From assembly GCA_964019335.1 (NCBI GenBank), contig OZ025732.1, positions 1-64,000 on the forward strand: DNA of 64,000 nucleotides, read 5' to 3'. Source of the DNA: Diplonema japonicum. Its lineage: Eukaryota > Protista > Euglenozoa: Diplonemea. The notes under the pieces were generated by a model. That model saw only the letters and a list, made by a program, of their open reading frames with translations. It ran no database searches and was not told the origin of the DNA. The position numbers and the translations under genes were made by a program. Shown one piece after another: positions 47,806 to 60,610 of the stretch (position 1 is the stretch's first letter; each line of letters starts with the position of its first letter).

Positions 47806-48362
47806 ATACTTGTTTTTTCCACTATCATTACATTTGTATTTTATTTCCCCTTTTCCCCTTCTGCAGTGGCTCCTCCGATGAATGGTAGGAATGCACCAGT
47901 GCCCTGATAAAAGGGTGGGGAGCCGCAGCGAATGTGAGATATGATGTTGGCTGTGGTTTTATGTTTTTTTTTTCTTTTTTTCACTTTCTTTTATGAAAAG
48001 AAATATTATTGTGTGCAAGTACAGGAAGCATGATAAAAATAAAAATTCGAACAAAAAATAAAATAAAATAGGAGGAATGCTGCAAGTGGAGAAGAACAAA
48101 ACAAAAGCACTCGGGAAGCCCTGGCAAGGACGGCTTGCATATAACGACGAAACACTGAAAGCAGCTGGGGACAAAGCGAGGGATGGATGACCACACGTAG
48201 CGCAACCTCAGGGGGGCTCAGCGTGCAGGCCTCTTTGGATGACAGCGACCGACGACGATGAGGCCTCGGCCCCACCACCCTGCCCTTCGGGCTGCACTGG
48301 GGTGTTTCTCAATTGCTTCTGGCAAACCTACTCAAAGCACTACTCCCTCACAGCACCCTAAG

Positions 48363-48835
48363 ATGAACAAACAGCAACACCAGCAACAAAACCTACTGGA
48401 GTGGCAACAGAAACAAGAGAAGCAAGCAGAGGCGTGGCAACAAGAACAAGAACGAAGACAAGGAGTGCAGCAACGGCTCTGGCAGAAACAACAGACACTG
48501 TGGCAGGAACAGCAACAACACAGCTGGCAAGAACAACAGGAGGGAATACAACAAAGAAATTGGCAAAAAATACAAAAAGAGCAATGGACCAACGGAATGA
48601 ACAAATGAAAACACAGCAGCTACGTCAACAGGAGATGGAAGAGCGGATGATTAGACTGCTGATAACGCTAGAAGTCGAGAAGCCTCAGCCAATCCCTCCA
48701 GTGATACCACAGATCAACCCAAAAACGAGCATGGAACAACCAAAGCAAGTGACAAAACTGCCCCCAACCTATAACAAAAAATCGACGGAGGCAGAGGTGA
48801 GGAGGAAAGTGACGCCAGATAGATGGATGTCTTAG
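48363..48835 (+). other. Gln/Trp-rich coiled-coil coding remnant, possibly a LINE ORF1 fragment (duplicated at 61168-61640)
   Basis: MNKQQHQQQNLLEWQQ.. with frameshift near 48600; followed by an A-tract. Confidence 0.35.
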
Positions 48836-48849
48836 TCCCTGATGAAACC

Positions 48850-48896
<47 letters not shown>

Positions 48897-49279
48897 CCGC
48901 AAAAAAATGATATCTGCAAATGCAGCTCATCCAAAACCACCTCATATATTATTGTAGTCATTAATAACTAACAATTCTTAAGCTACAGTTTCTGTACTTT
49001 ATTAGCTGGGTGGGACACAAACGACAAAAAAAATGAGCGGGCAACAGGCACAAGAGATGGCAACGGCAGCAGCGCAGACGTGTCCCGGGGATACCTCCAC
49101 GGGGTCAGTGACAGCAGCACCAAGGGGGACACGAAGGACCCCAAGAGTGTACAAAAAGAAAAAAAGTGTAAAGTGCCAAACAACCAGCTTGTGGAATGAG
49201 AACACCAGTACGGTCATGAGTACCCGGGCAACCGGGTGAGCGTCTCGAGACAAAAAATATAAGAAAAGCAAGCGAACGA

Positions 49280-50585
49280 CCCCTGTTGAATCCCTACTAA
49301 GGGTAGCCCGGCTCTGGCCAATCGAAGACATGATAGGATATGAGACATCCACATGGTATGAACGATTCCGGAGAATGGAAGGCACCAGCGGACAACTGGC
49401 GATGCAAGGTGAAGGAAAGGAAGAGCGGTCGTGGCTCCACAAGGCCCGAAAACGAGAGGAAGACCTGAAGATGGAACAATGTCCACGAGCTCCACTGCAC
49501 AGGAAGGCAGCCATCATAGAGTGGAACACGCTGGAGAGGTTGTGCATAAGGACAGAAGGCGAGGGGACAAAGAAGCTGGAAGTGACGAAACAGAGAACGG
49601 CTGCCCTCGAGATGATCGCCAAGCTCCCAAAAGCCGACATCACCGTCTACACCGATGGGTCAGTCGAAGAGGGCAAGGGCGGCGCAGGAATCGTAATAGA
49701 AAGGGCTGGGGGGACGGCGACGGAGATAAGCGTAGGCGTCTGCAACCTGTGTGACAGTTTCCAAGCAGAGATGAACGCCATCAACACGGCACTAGCGAGG
49801 CTCGTGAAGGAGGACACGCAAGGGACGCAGATCAACCTGCTGACAGACTCTATGGCGTGTCTGCAAAAGCTTAAGCAAGGTCCCGCAAGGCAACAAGAAG
49901 ACATGGTGGTCGAGGCATGGCACAACATACACGTGCTGACAACGAGAGGAAACCACCTCACATGCTGCTTTATCCCAGGCCACTGCGGATTAGAAGGAAA
50001 CGAGAAGGCAGACCAACTCGCCAGCAACGGCAGAGACAAGGAAGCAACACAGAAGATAAGCATGGGTGTGGCAAAGAACCACCTAAGAAAAGCTGGGAAG
50101 CGGGAAATATTAGCAGGGTTGAACAAGGAAAAGACATACAATAAGTGGGCAGGTAGAACGGAAGCACCGAAGAAGATGGAAGGGCTGAACAGGAAGGAAG
50201 AAGTGCTGATCAACCAGCTAAAGACTGGGCACCATGACCTGCTGAAGGTGGGATACGCCGAGCAGCGAATTTGCGTGAAGTGCGGCCCCAACACGAAGCG
50301 AACCCTCCAACATCTCTTCCTAGACTGTCCGTCATCCAAAGCAAGCAGGGACAAACACTTCGACACCCTGACGCTGAGACACATCCTTGTGGAGAACCCA
50401 CGAAAAGCAATCCGTTGACCTCCTCGTCGGTCATCACCGGTAGCGCCGGAGTAGAAGAACGTATTGCAGATGCTCAGGGTGACGAACAGGCCTAGAAGAG
50501 GCACAGAAGAAAACAAGAAGTACTCGACAAGATCGATGCATGGGCCAAAAGCGGGGAACTTAAACTGTCGTACAAGAAAACCTGC
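49280..50585 (+). mobile_element. LINE family B fragment (RNase H and CCHC; ORF 49330-50418) plus a short RT piece
   Basis: VYTDGS, QAEM, TDS, IPGHCGLEGNEKAD, CVKC..HLFLDC. Confidence 0.88.
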
Positions 50586-50833
50586 TTGAAGGGCACCAGG
50601 TGGTTGCAATTAAAAAGAACAGCCCCACTCCGTACCCCCTACAGCAGGAAGGCGTGCAACATCGGGGAGTAGCTGTACGGGATGTCCTACGCCAAGACGT
50701 CAGACAACGACGACGACCCTGGGGAGCTTGTTGTGTCTCGATCTTCACCTTCATTTATATATTTCCTCGTTTGCAAGATCACTTTCAAACAGAAACACAA
50801 CAACAAAAATAAAAAAAGAAAAGAAGAAAAGAA

Positions 50834-51985
50834 ATGAACGATATGACAGTGTTCGTGAAGACGGGAGGTGGGGTTCACGATGTGGAAGTGTCGGGGAAGG
50901 AGACGGTGGGGAGCCTGTACAAGAAGGCGGGGTGTGCTGCTGGTTTACTCGAAGGCAGGTTCAAACTGGTTTGGGAGGGTGAGGTCCTTGACAGGAATGG
51001 GGGTGAAGAGCTTCAGCAACTTGCCCTCGTGGAGGGCTCCGTGGTCCATGTGGAGGAGAACAAGAAAACAGTTCATTTGGAAGAGCTGAAGGACGAGAAC
51101 TCAGAAGTGGTTTCGGAGCTTGAGGGTCTTGTGTCAGCTGATCCTGAGCTTGTTCTGGTGGTGGAGGTGGGGGACTCTCCAGCTGTCTTGTCCATGAGCA
51201 GCAGTGACCTTCCTTCTGGACTTCGGTTCCTTGTTGTCACCGACTCCACAGGCTGTGTTACAAGTATAGACAATGATTTTCTTCAAGAATGCCACCACCT
51301 GACGTCTGTCTCTCTCATCCTCCCCAATGTTTCTACCATTCTTGATGACGTTTTAAGAGACTGCACCAATCTAGAAACCATCGACTTGAATGTGATGACC
51401 AATCTTAATTCCATTGGTGATTACTTCTTGTTTGGGTGCAAAGAACTAGAAACCATCAACTTGAATGCAATGACCAATCTTAATTCTATTGGTGATGGCT
51501 TCTTGTCACAGTGCGAAAATCTAGAAACCATCGACTTGAATGGGATGACCAAACTTAATTCAGTTGGACATTACTTCTTGTTAGGGTGCGAAAAACTAGA
51601 GACCATCGACTTGCATGCGATGACCAATCTTGATTCAATTGGTGATCGCTTCTTGTCAGGGTGCGAAAATCTAGAAACCACCAACTTGAGTTCGATGACC
51701 AATCTTTATTCCATTGGTGATTACTTCTTGTGTGGGTGCGAAAAACTAGAAACCATCAACTTGAATGTGATGACCAATCTTTCTTCCATTGGTGATTACT
51801 TTTTGTGTGGGTGCGGAAAACTAAAAACCATCAACTTGAATGGGATGACCAATCTTTCTTCTGTTGGTGATGGCTTCTTGTCAGGGTGTAACAATTTAGA
51901 GACCATCGTTTTGAGAGGAGGCACTGATACTTTTAACAAGCTCTTAGAGGCTAAGGTGCCACCGGGGGTAAGTATACAGAAATAG
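50834..51985 (+). CDS. Ubl-LRR protein, 7 LRRs
   Basis: Intact 383-aa ORF with a diagnostic 6-bp deletion (PAVLSM versus PAVEVLSM). Confidence 0.9.
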   Translation: MNDMTVFVKTGGGVHDVEVSGKETVGSLYKKAGCAAGLLEGRFKLVWEGEVLDRNGGEELQQLALVEGSVVHVEENKKTVHLEELKDENSEVVSELEGLVSADPELVLVVEVGDSPAVLSMSSSDLPSGLRFLVVTDSTGCVTSIDNDFLQECHHLTSVSLILPNVSTILDDVLRDCTNLETIDLNVMTNLNSIGDYFLFGCKELETINLNAMTNLNSIGDGFLSQCENLETIDLNGMTKLNSVGHYFLLGCEKLETIDLHAMTNLDSIGDRFLSGCENLETTNLSSMTNLYSIGDYFLCGCEKLETINLNVMTNLSSIGDYFLCGCGKLKTINLNGMTNLSSVGDGFLSGCNNLETIVLRGGTDTFNKLLEAKVPPGVSIQK

Positions 51986-52692
51986 AAATAAAAGAAAAGA
52001 GTACATTTTGCACCTCTTGCTTCACTTGGAAGCAGATGACTTTTTATGTTTTTACTTTCCTCCGTTTGCCCTGTCTTGATCCTGTCACATACTGCAGGTT
52101 CCCTACTTAGACGGACTGTGAGCGATGATCTTACCGCAGATGCCATCCATGACTGAAAGGCAAACCCCGACAGCTAACACCAAGATGCAACAGCAGAATA
52201 GTGACAGGCACGTGTAGGATCCCCTGTCCGCGGTAGGCACCAACCATGGCACAAATACCGCAAAAATTTGTTGATCTTCCGGCGTCTTTTCTCTGAAGAC
52301 CATTTTCACAAAATCTGCAGAAAACATGAGGGGCTGGCTTGGGTCTTGTCACACGTTGTGTCTTGAGAAAGTGGGCTTTGGTCCACGTACGTCCTGGCCA
52401 TTGCCTCGCTTTGCCATCCTAGATGAGTGGCCGGTTGGGATGAAAGAAACATGAAGAAACAAAATAAAGTTACTTTATCTGGATTCCCTCTAAAGGGATT
52501 TTGGCTAGTGGACAGGAAAATAAAGTTCTCTATATTTTCCGGCAGCCACCCAGGCCGCCCTAAGCACACATGGTATCAAAATCCATGCATCAAGCAGGAG
52601 AAGTAGTAGCTGACTAGTAGCCCAACTACTGGTTCACCCTTTTTTTCTTTTCTTTTCTGCCATCATTTATTTTTTAGTAGAACGTCCTCAGC

Positions 52693-52737
<45 letters not shown>

Positions 52738-53596
52738 GCTAGGTTGGGGGGCAAAAACAATAAAATAACAGATTCTGCTATTAAAGTGGACTTTACCCCT
52801 TTCCCTTGGCCCATTTTCTGTCCCTTGGGTCATGATTATCCCAATGTTTTTTATTGTTTTCCAATTGGTTTTTTTACTGTCATATTATTTGTCTTTTTCT
52901 GCAGTGGCTCCTCCAATGAATGGTAGGAATGCACCAGGGCCCTGATAAAAGGGTGGGGAGCCGCAGCGAGAGGTGCAGTGTATTTTCTTCTTTCCCCAGG
53001 GCTTTCCCCCCCTTTTTTTTCTTTTTTTTTGTGGTTTTATGTCTCTTCTTCTTTTCTTCACTTTCTTTTATGAAGAGTATTATTATTGTGTTCCTGTGAG
53101 TTTACCTTCAAGGCAAGTACAGGAAGAAAGAAAAAAAACAAAAATAAAATAAAATGGGAGGCATGCTGTGAGCGGAGAAGAACAAAAGCACTAACGAAAC
53201 GCTGAAAGCAGCTGGGGACAAAGCGAGGGATGGATGACCACACGTAGTGCAACCTCAGGGGGGGGCTTGGCGTGTGGGCCTCTTTGGATGACAGCGACCG
53301 ACGACGATGAGGCCTCGGCCCCACCACCCTGCCCTTCAGGCTGCACTGGGGTGTTTCTCAATTGCCTCTGGCAAACCTACTCAAAGCACTACTCCCTCAC
53401 AGCACCCTTAGTTAACACTTAGCAAGTGACTTGCAGGCACCAGGTACGCATCCAAAAGGACAAGCTAGCTGTGTACCCCTGCAGCACCCTCCATGCTTCC
53501 TCACAGCACCCTTAGTTAACACTTAGCAAGTGACTTGCAGGGCACCAGGTGGTTGTTCAAGAGACAAGATAGCTGTTCCTACTCTGTCCCAAATAT

Positions 53597-53717
53597 GAGA
53601 ACACCAGTACGGTCATGAGTACCAACCGGGTGAGCGTCTCGAGACACTTCCAACCCACCTAGTGGGTGCGGCCTTAGCAAGTCGAAAAGGAAGTGGAATT
53701 TAAAAAAAAAAAAAAAA
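53597..53717 (+). repeat. Structured poly(A)-tailed LINE B 3' tail / SINE-like unit (also 10149-10270, 40943-41061, 41155-41232, 49198-49251, 62003-62056)
   Basis: GAGAACACCAGTACGGTCATGAGTACC..CACTTCC..CCCAC-CTA-GTGGG..GGAAGTG-GAATTT-A(n). Confidence 0.75.
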
Positions 53718-54122
53718 TACTGTAAAATGAAAAACTCCGGACGGAAAAATGTCCGAGTTTTTTTGGCGTCCGGGAATTTTTCCTTCCGGGAGTTTTTTTT
53801 TAGGTAAGGCCGTCAGGGGGCCTGGTCCACTACCACCTGCAAACTGGCCTGGGCTGCAAACGGCAACCGCGCGAAGAAACCCCCAGGGTTCCCTTTCTGC
53901 ATCTTTGTCCTCCCTTGCTGCCCCTGAGGCAATCAGCTTGTCGAGCCTTCGTGTGGCCCACTATTTATAACCTTAATAGATGCTTTAGAATAAAGAAGCG
54001 AAAAAGTGAAATAAAAAGGGGAGCAAGGATCTTATTCTTATTATGCTTGCTAAAGGGGACTTACGACATATTTACTACAACATATTAAAAGCTGAAGAAA
54101 CCCGGAGATAGAAAACACAAAC

Positions 54123-55463
54123 ATGAGCCTCACAGTGTTGATCAGGACTGTCGACGAGGATGTGGTGCACGAGGTGGAGCTGTCTGGGTTTGACAGGGTG
54201 AAGGACCTGTACAGGAAGGCGGCAGAGGCTTCTGCGGTGGAGGAGGGGATATTCCTCTTGCACTTCGAAGGTGTTGTCTTGGATAATGATGGGACATCTG
54301 GCGGTGGTGGGAAGGAGCAGGAGATACAGCAGCTTGGGATGGGGCAGGGGAGCGAGCTTCTCTTGTGCGGTATTAGTCATAATAAACCACTTGATGTCAA
54401 CGTCAGTCATGTGGAGCTCTGGAGTCGAAGAGAGGAGATTGCAAGGCTTCTTGAGGAGAATCCTGAGCTTTCTCTTGCGGTGGATGTCACTGGTCTGGAC
54501 TGTCTTGATGTCAGGCTCACAAGCAAGCTTCCCTCAAAGCTTCGGCACCTCAAGGTGTGGTCCCTGGGCGGTGCGACCTCTATTGGGGACTCCTTTTTGT
54601 CTCGCTCCTCACTCGTCACCTTGGACCTGACGGCCTTGCAGGGTGTTCAGTCCGTTGGGCACTCTTTCCTCTGCGAGTGCAGATCCCTAACTACTGTTGA
54701 TCTGTGTTCCCTCCGGAACTGGGTACCTGTCGGACATAAGTTCCTTGAAGGCTGTTCTTCATTGACTTCTGTTGATCTGAGTACTTTGCGGAATGTTCAG
54801 TCCATTGGGAACTGGTTTCTTTCGGATTGCAGCTCTCTGAAGACTGTTGATCTGAGCCCCCTTCGCAATGTCACCACCGTCGGCAGCGGTTTTCTCACTG
54901 GCCTCAAGTCGTTGGCTTCTGTTGACCTGAGTCCCTTGCAGAATGTGACCAGGATGAACCACTGTCATTTCATGTCTCATTGTGCTTCTTTAAGATCTAT
55001 CGATCTGAGCCCCCTGCACAACACCTTTCATAAATTCCGGGTGTACTATTTTCTCTACGGATGCAAAGCTCTAACGACTGTGGATCTGGGTCCTTTGTGG
55101 AACGTTCAGTCAGTTGGCGATGCTTTTCTCAACAGCTGCAAGTCTTTGAAAACAATTGATCTGAGCCCCCTTCGCAATGTCACCACTGTCGGCAGCTGTT
55201 TTCTTTCAGGGACCCCAGTGGCACACAGGAAAGATGTTCTGGAATTCCTCAGACTACGGGTACAGGAGCGAATAGAGCCAACAAGGTTCGTGGGCCCTGA
55301 GCAACTAGCACAACAAAAGGAGCAACCAGCAAAGCCAACAAGGTTCGTGGGCCCTGAGCTACCAGAACAACAAAAGGAGCAACCAACAAAGCCAACAAGG
55401 TTCCGGGGCCCTCCTGTGAGGCAAACAACCTGTAAAAGTAAAGAGTGTTGCATCGTTTCCTGA
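54123..55463 (+). CDS. Divergent Ubl-LRR protein (second subfamily) with C-terminal tandem repeat and CaaX-like end CCIVS
   Basis: MSLTVLIRT..VELSG..LYRKA..FEGVVL Ubl; LxxVDLSPLxNVxxVGxxFLxxC repeats; PTRF three times. Confidence 0.85.
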   Translation: MSLTVLIRTVDEDVVHEVELSGFDRVKDLYRKAAEASAVEEGIFLLHFEGVVLDNDGTSGGGGKEQEIQQLGMGQGSELLLCGISHNKPLDVNVSHVELWSRREEIARLLEENPELSLAVDVTGLDCLDVRLTSKLPSKLRHLKVWSLGGATSIGDSFLSRSSLVTLDLTALQGVQSVGHSFLCECRSLTTVDLCSLRNWVPVGHKFLEGCSSLTSVDLSTLRNVQSIGNWFLSDCSSLKTVDLSPLRNVTTVGSGFLTGLKSLASVDLSPLQNVTRMNHCHFMSHCASLRSIDLSPLHNTFHKFRVYYFLYGCKALTTVDLGPLWNVQSVGDAFLNSCKSLKTIDLSPLRNVTTVGSCFLSGTPVAHRKDVLEFLRLRVQERIEPTRFVGPEQLAQQKEQPAKPTRFVGPELPEQQKEQPTKPTRFRGPPVRQTTCKSKECCIVS

Positions 55464-56241
55464 TGACTTCACGGGGCAGGAAGAAGGCATCACGGGCTAC
55501 CGTCACCCCTCCAACACCTACTTATCTAATAGTGCAATTTAAAAAGAAAGAAAGGAAAGTCCTACTTCTTCTTCTTTCTTTTCTTGTATCGTTGTCTTTT
55601 TCACTTTTCTCTCATTTCCTTTGTTCCTTTTTTTCCCATTCGTCCCCCTGCTGCCCCTTCCGCAAACCTAAACTACCCGTTCAACTTCCCCTCCTGTTTC
55701 TTACTATTTGGACGTTCCAAAACAGGGACCTCCTTTATCTCATCTCTACTATTTTCTTTCTTCTGCATAACATTGCAGTTCCCTGACCTGCTCATATACG
55801 TAAGAAAGCCCCCCCCCAAAAAAAACGAACTTATTCTCAGTAAACATTTTAGCCACCCCGATAACGTGATCTTGGGCAGGAAGTCCAGCCTCATTTTGGG
55901 GTGAGCCGCGGACGAGAGTCGTGATTGACGGGAGAGCCCGAACAAGGCGCACCACTGTGTCTCATGGTGTAGAGGAACAGACCAATCGTATTACAAAAAG
56001 CTACAGACAAGCGAGCAAAGTACGCGAGTGTCAATCCTGTGGGGGCTTTTTTACAATGAAGTTTCATCCGATCAAACGATTCTTCACGCACTCAACCTCT
56101 CATGGGAACACGCACACGTCCCGCAGAGTTGGCGCAACCCAACAAAAACAGAGCACACCTCTGTAACCTAACTGAGAAGCTTTTGAAAACACGGAGACAC
56201 GTTCTCTATGCACCTCCTACCCCCAACAACAGAAAATAAAA

Positions 56242-56540
56242 ATGAACGATATGACAGTGTTCGTGAAGACGGGAGGTGGGGTTCACGATGTGGAAGTGTC
56301 GGGGAAGGAGACGGTGGGGAGCCTGTACAAGAAGGCGGGGTGTGCTGCTGGTTTACTCGAAGGCAGGTTCAAACTGGTTTGGGAGGGTGAGGTCCTTGAC
56401 AGGAACGGCTGTGAAGAGCTTCATTCACTTGCCCTCTTGGAGGGCTCCGTGGTCCATGTGGAGGAGAACAAGAGGAGAACCGTTCGTCTGGCAGAGCTGA
56501 AGGACGAGAACTCAGGAGTGGTTTCGGAGCTTGAGGGTCT
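56242..56540 (+). pseudogene. Truncated Ubl-LRR copy (Ubl only)
   Basis: Homology to 43011 ends at ..VSELEGL. Confidence 0.85.
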
Positions 56541-56769
56541 TACGCTGATATCACGTCAGCTAGGCACTACGGTGCGGGTGGCAGAACACTTCGTTATTCT
56601 GGCCTTAAAAAGAAATAAAAAAGAAGCTTTTTCCTCTCTTTTAATATCAACATGCACAATTTTATAACAACAAACAACGCAGGAGTTTGAAAGAAAACAA
56701 AAGAAAAGAGACATAACCATGAAAGGAAGCGAAGGACCATCGGCAGTGACGCTGCAGGCGAGCTAAGCA

Positions 56770-59700
56770 CAACTATATTAGACTTAGCATTAACGATAAG
56801 GCGCAGAACTGGCGCTTCCGGCCTACGCGGTTCACCCACGGGCACACCGCGGCGCCCACCACCCAGGGACCAGGCATCTTCAAGGGCATGGTCATCCGTG
56901 CCTGCGCCCTGACCAACAACATCGCGGACCTCAAACGGGAGATCGCTTCAGTGATCTACCTGCTCCTAGATCGCGGTCACGACAAGGGCGGCCTGCGGAA
57001 AGCGTACAACGCGTTCCTTATCGAACGCGTGGATCGACGCTTCGCCATGGAGAAAAGCAACCTGCTGGCCTTCTTCACGCAAGTCCTCCACCGATACGAC
57101 GCCAAAGCCCCGGTAGATTCTTGGTTGCCGGAAAAAACGTACATAGGCCCCAAGAAACCCCGTGCGCTTCCCACGGACGACTCCTCGGACGACTCCTCAG
57201 CTGACTCCTCAGTCGTCTCCTCAGTCGCCTTCTCGGGGGGCCCCTCAGACGAGCCCTCGGACAGTTCCTCGGACAGCTCTTCAGGTCTTGTCGAACCGTC
57301 ACAACCCCGAGCAGCCTCCGTGGTCTCACCATCTGGTGTCACGGACCAGGTTTTTTCGCCCCCCATCAACCTGCACACCAACAGCGGGGAAGGTCGCCTG
57401 GGCCTGGAATGCGGCTGGGCCGTCATAAACTGGTTGGCGGACTATGCTGGTGTGGACCGCATCCCCTTCTCTACAATGCAGGAGATCCAGGAGATGTACC
57501 ACGGCTTCTCACGACTCATCTCCCCTTCCAGCACTGATGAAGCGCCCGATCCTCTTGGCAACTTTTCCCGCTCGACCTTGTCACGTGCTTGCCTCATGGT
57601 CGTTGGTGCAAACTTGGAGGTCTTCCGTGCGGGCATGAAAGAAAGCCCCTGCTTGATCGTTGGTCCCTTGAAACGAAGTCTCAGCGGCCACTGGTTCATC
57701 GCTCTCAGGAAGAAGGGAAGGTACATGGTCAAAAACACCGACGTACGGCTAAGGCTCCAGAGCTTCAAACACATCTGTGCGACATACTCCGAACACAACA
57801 TCCTCTGCATCCCAGACGATGTGTGGGCCAGGACAACCCCAGGCAGGAAACACAACACACGTGTTCTAGACCCTGAGGCTGAGTTTCGCCAGTTTGAGCC
57901 GGTCATCACCCCGGCGGGACCCCAGGTAAGCGACTCGAGCGCGCGAAAGACTGAGACCGCTCTCAACACCCCGGAAGATCGCACCCTCCTAACTTATGTC
58001 ACCCTAGCTGCAGCTATAGCTACATATGCCGCACGCACCCGACGGCTCGACACAGGAGTCGCCGCATCAGGTGTGGACGCACACACCGCTCACTTCGGGC
58101 GGCCCGTCGCCACCGCCATCGTAGCCCTAGCTGCCGCCGTGGCCGCGCGAGCCGTGCACACCGGATGCTCTGTCACCACCACGTCTACGGCAAGCCAGAC
58201 TAACGTGATCGGCATTGTCCCGCTCTTCCTGAAGGTCTCGAGTCTGCACAAGTCTACACCACAGACAGCAGTCGCAACCTGTCAGACGGACCGTGTCACA
58301 GCACCTGTACTGTTCTCGATATCATCGACGCTCCAGACGGATCCTCCCAGCAGTAGACTGCCCCCGATGGACGCCGGACTGGGGTCGCCCTCGGCCGCGG
58401 CGGTCAGACTTACGAAGTCTGTCGAAATTCCGACGCCCCGCGCGACCCTGTCGAGGCGGCTGGTTACTGAGCCTCGGTTGACACCATGCCTTCCACCGCC
58501 AACGGACGTGTCATCCACCCAGCTCGCGGCCTGCACTCAGTCCACCCGTCGGGACACCGGACACGGGAGTGACACACCGATGCCGTCGTCTACCATGGGA
58601 CACGCGACACTCCAACCAGTGGTCGGCTCCCAGATTGTGACAACGTCGGCTGTGGAGTCATCGCTCGCCCGAGCCGTGACAACGCCCGTTCTGGCAGACG
58701 CCCCCCTCGGCGCCCGCCAGGTACAGCTCACTCCTTGCATCCAGTCCGTCCATGAGAACATCGGACTCGGGATGGATACGCCGATGGCTCCCGCCATGGG
58801 ACACGCGACGCTTCAACCGGTGGTCAACGCCCAGAGAGACACGACGCTGACCCTGGAGCCGCCCGTGGCCCGAGCCGAGGCAGACGCTCCCCTAGACCCT
58901 CACCAGGCGGATGGTGGTTTAGAAATGATCGACCTCACGCAGGACTCCCCGGACAGACCCTCGCGCAAGAAGAAGCACGACGGCACTGCTTACGAGCACG
59001 AAAGCCGTCGTGGTAAGAGTTCCTCCACAGGCGATGGGGATCTTCTCATCCTGCGCGAGCAGTCACAGGGTTTTGATCAGGAAGCCCTCAACCGAAGGGC
59101 CCTCCAGAGACGGATGGATCGATACCTCAGTCTCTTGGTCTACTTCCGGCGACACCCGGAGCTCTTGGACGAACACCAGCGTCAGCTCCTGTCGGTCGGT
59201 CCCCTCCCGATGCACCTGGACACCTCTCCACATCAACTGCTGCTCGAGGCCCGTGACACGGATAGAACTGCCGACCAACAGGCAACCGTCGCCAACCAGG
59301 AACAGCTTCTTCTGATTGCGCACAAGGCGTTGCCTACCACCGAACGTCTTCGGTTGTCTCACGAATGGCACTCGGGGCTGAACACCGCGGTACAGCAACA
59401 GTGGTGGTCGGAGTTCTTCGCCCAAGGCGGCTGGAAACACCCACTCTTCGGTTCCGAGGCCCCAAGAGGTGACGAGACTAGGACTCCAGGGAGGACCCCT
59501 CTCCTGCTCACCTACAACGGGCAGAGGAACAAACGCCCGGAACCCGAAGACGGCCCCGCCCTTCCCGCGGCCAAACGGGATCTCGCCGCGACGAGGCCGA
59601 ACACCAGAGTCACTGGACTTGTCGCCCTTAAGAGGCTCACCAGGGAAGCAGACGTCGACGGCCCTGAGGACCTGGATGAGCTTCGACACCTGGGCTTCCT

Positions 59701-60610
59701 TTCCCAGGGCGCGGCCGTCTTTGACCTCAGCTGCATGTCCAGGGCTTGCACACACTTCCTGGGTGAGACCCCCATGATCACGGTCCCCCTCGACACACGC
59801 GTCGCGATCCCGTGTCTGCTGGTCTGTTATGACTCGACGTGGCTCTACGCTTCCCGCCAGGAACAGGGCTTTCGGTTGCAGACCCAAGGGTTCAAGGACA
59901 AGTCGTATCCGACTGTGGCAGCCCTACTCGCTGACTTCGTGGGGGCAGGGACCCTCTACTACAGCGAGTCACAGTGGTCGACTGTGCTGAACTCCTACAA
60001 CTAGGAACTACTGGAGACGACCCTACGCAATGTAGGAGTGCCGGCCCGGCGTGCTACGAGGGCGATAGGCTATGCAGGGTCTCACAGACCTCGCACCCTA
60101 TGATTTTAGTTTCCACCTTTTCCTTTTCCACTTCTTGTCTTTTAACTTCCCTTCTGCTTTCCCAACATGGTTTCCGTCCCGGGTATGACGTTAAACTGCG
60201 TCCGCCGACGCATTTGGGTCAACATTCTCTGATGACCAAGCCGTCTTTTTCCGTTTCTTCTCCCCTTCTCTTTGTTATGTTATTTTCATTATTCTTTCTG
60301 GCGATAGACTGATACGGGCCATGGAAGCAACCTCTGCTTAATTCCTGGTACGTGGGAGGCTCCTCTTGAGGATGTCAGTCACCTTTTCCCTTTTTTACTC
60401 GACTCTCTGTTTTCGTATGCAGTATTTATTCTTTCCCACCCCTTTTTATCTATTTCTTCGCTTCTTCATCCTAACTTAAAACCATTTCAGTCACCTTTTT
60501 CCCTTTATATTCGACTCTCTGTTTTCGTATGCAGTATTTATTCTTTTCCACCCCTTTTTAATTTTATTTTCTCGCTTCTTTATTCTAACTTACAATCATT
60601 TCAGTCACCT
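56770..60610 (+). mobile_element. PLE subfamily B, 5'-truncated in the RT thumb; single ORF 56888-60004 joins thumb, Josephin-like domain and C-terminal domain
   Basis: Collinear with 15070-18892; ECGWAVINWL, DPLGNFS, GHWFIAL, YMVKN. Confidence 0.9.

Noticed and set aside
48838-48852. CTGATGAAAC minimal hammerhead
   Set aside because: No stem II or flanking pairing
49647-50609. Long antisense ORFs over LINE, PLE and LRR sequences
   Set aside because: Shadow ORFs with no motifs of their own
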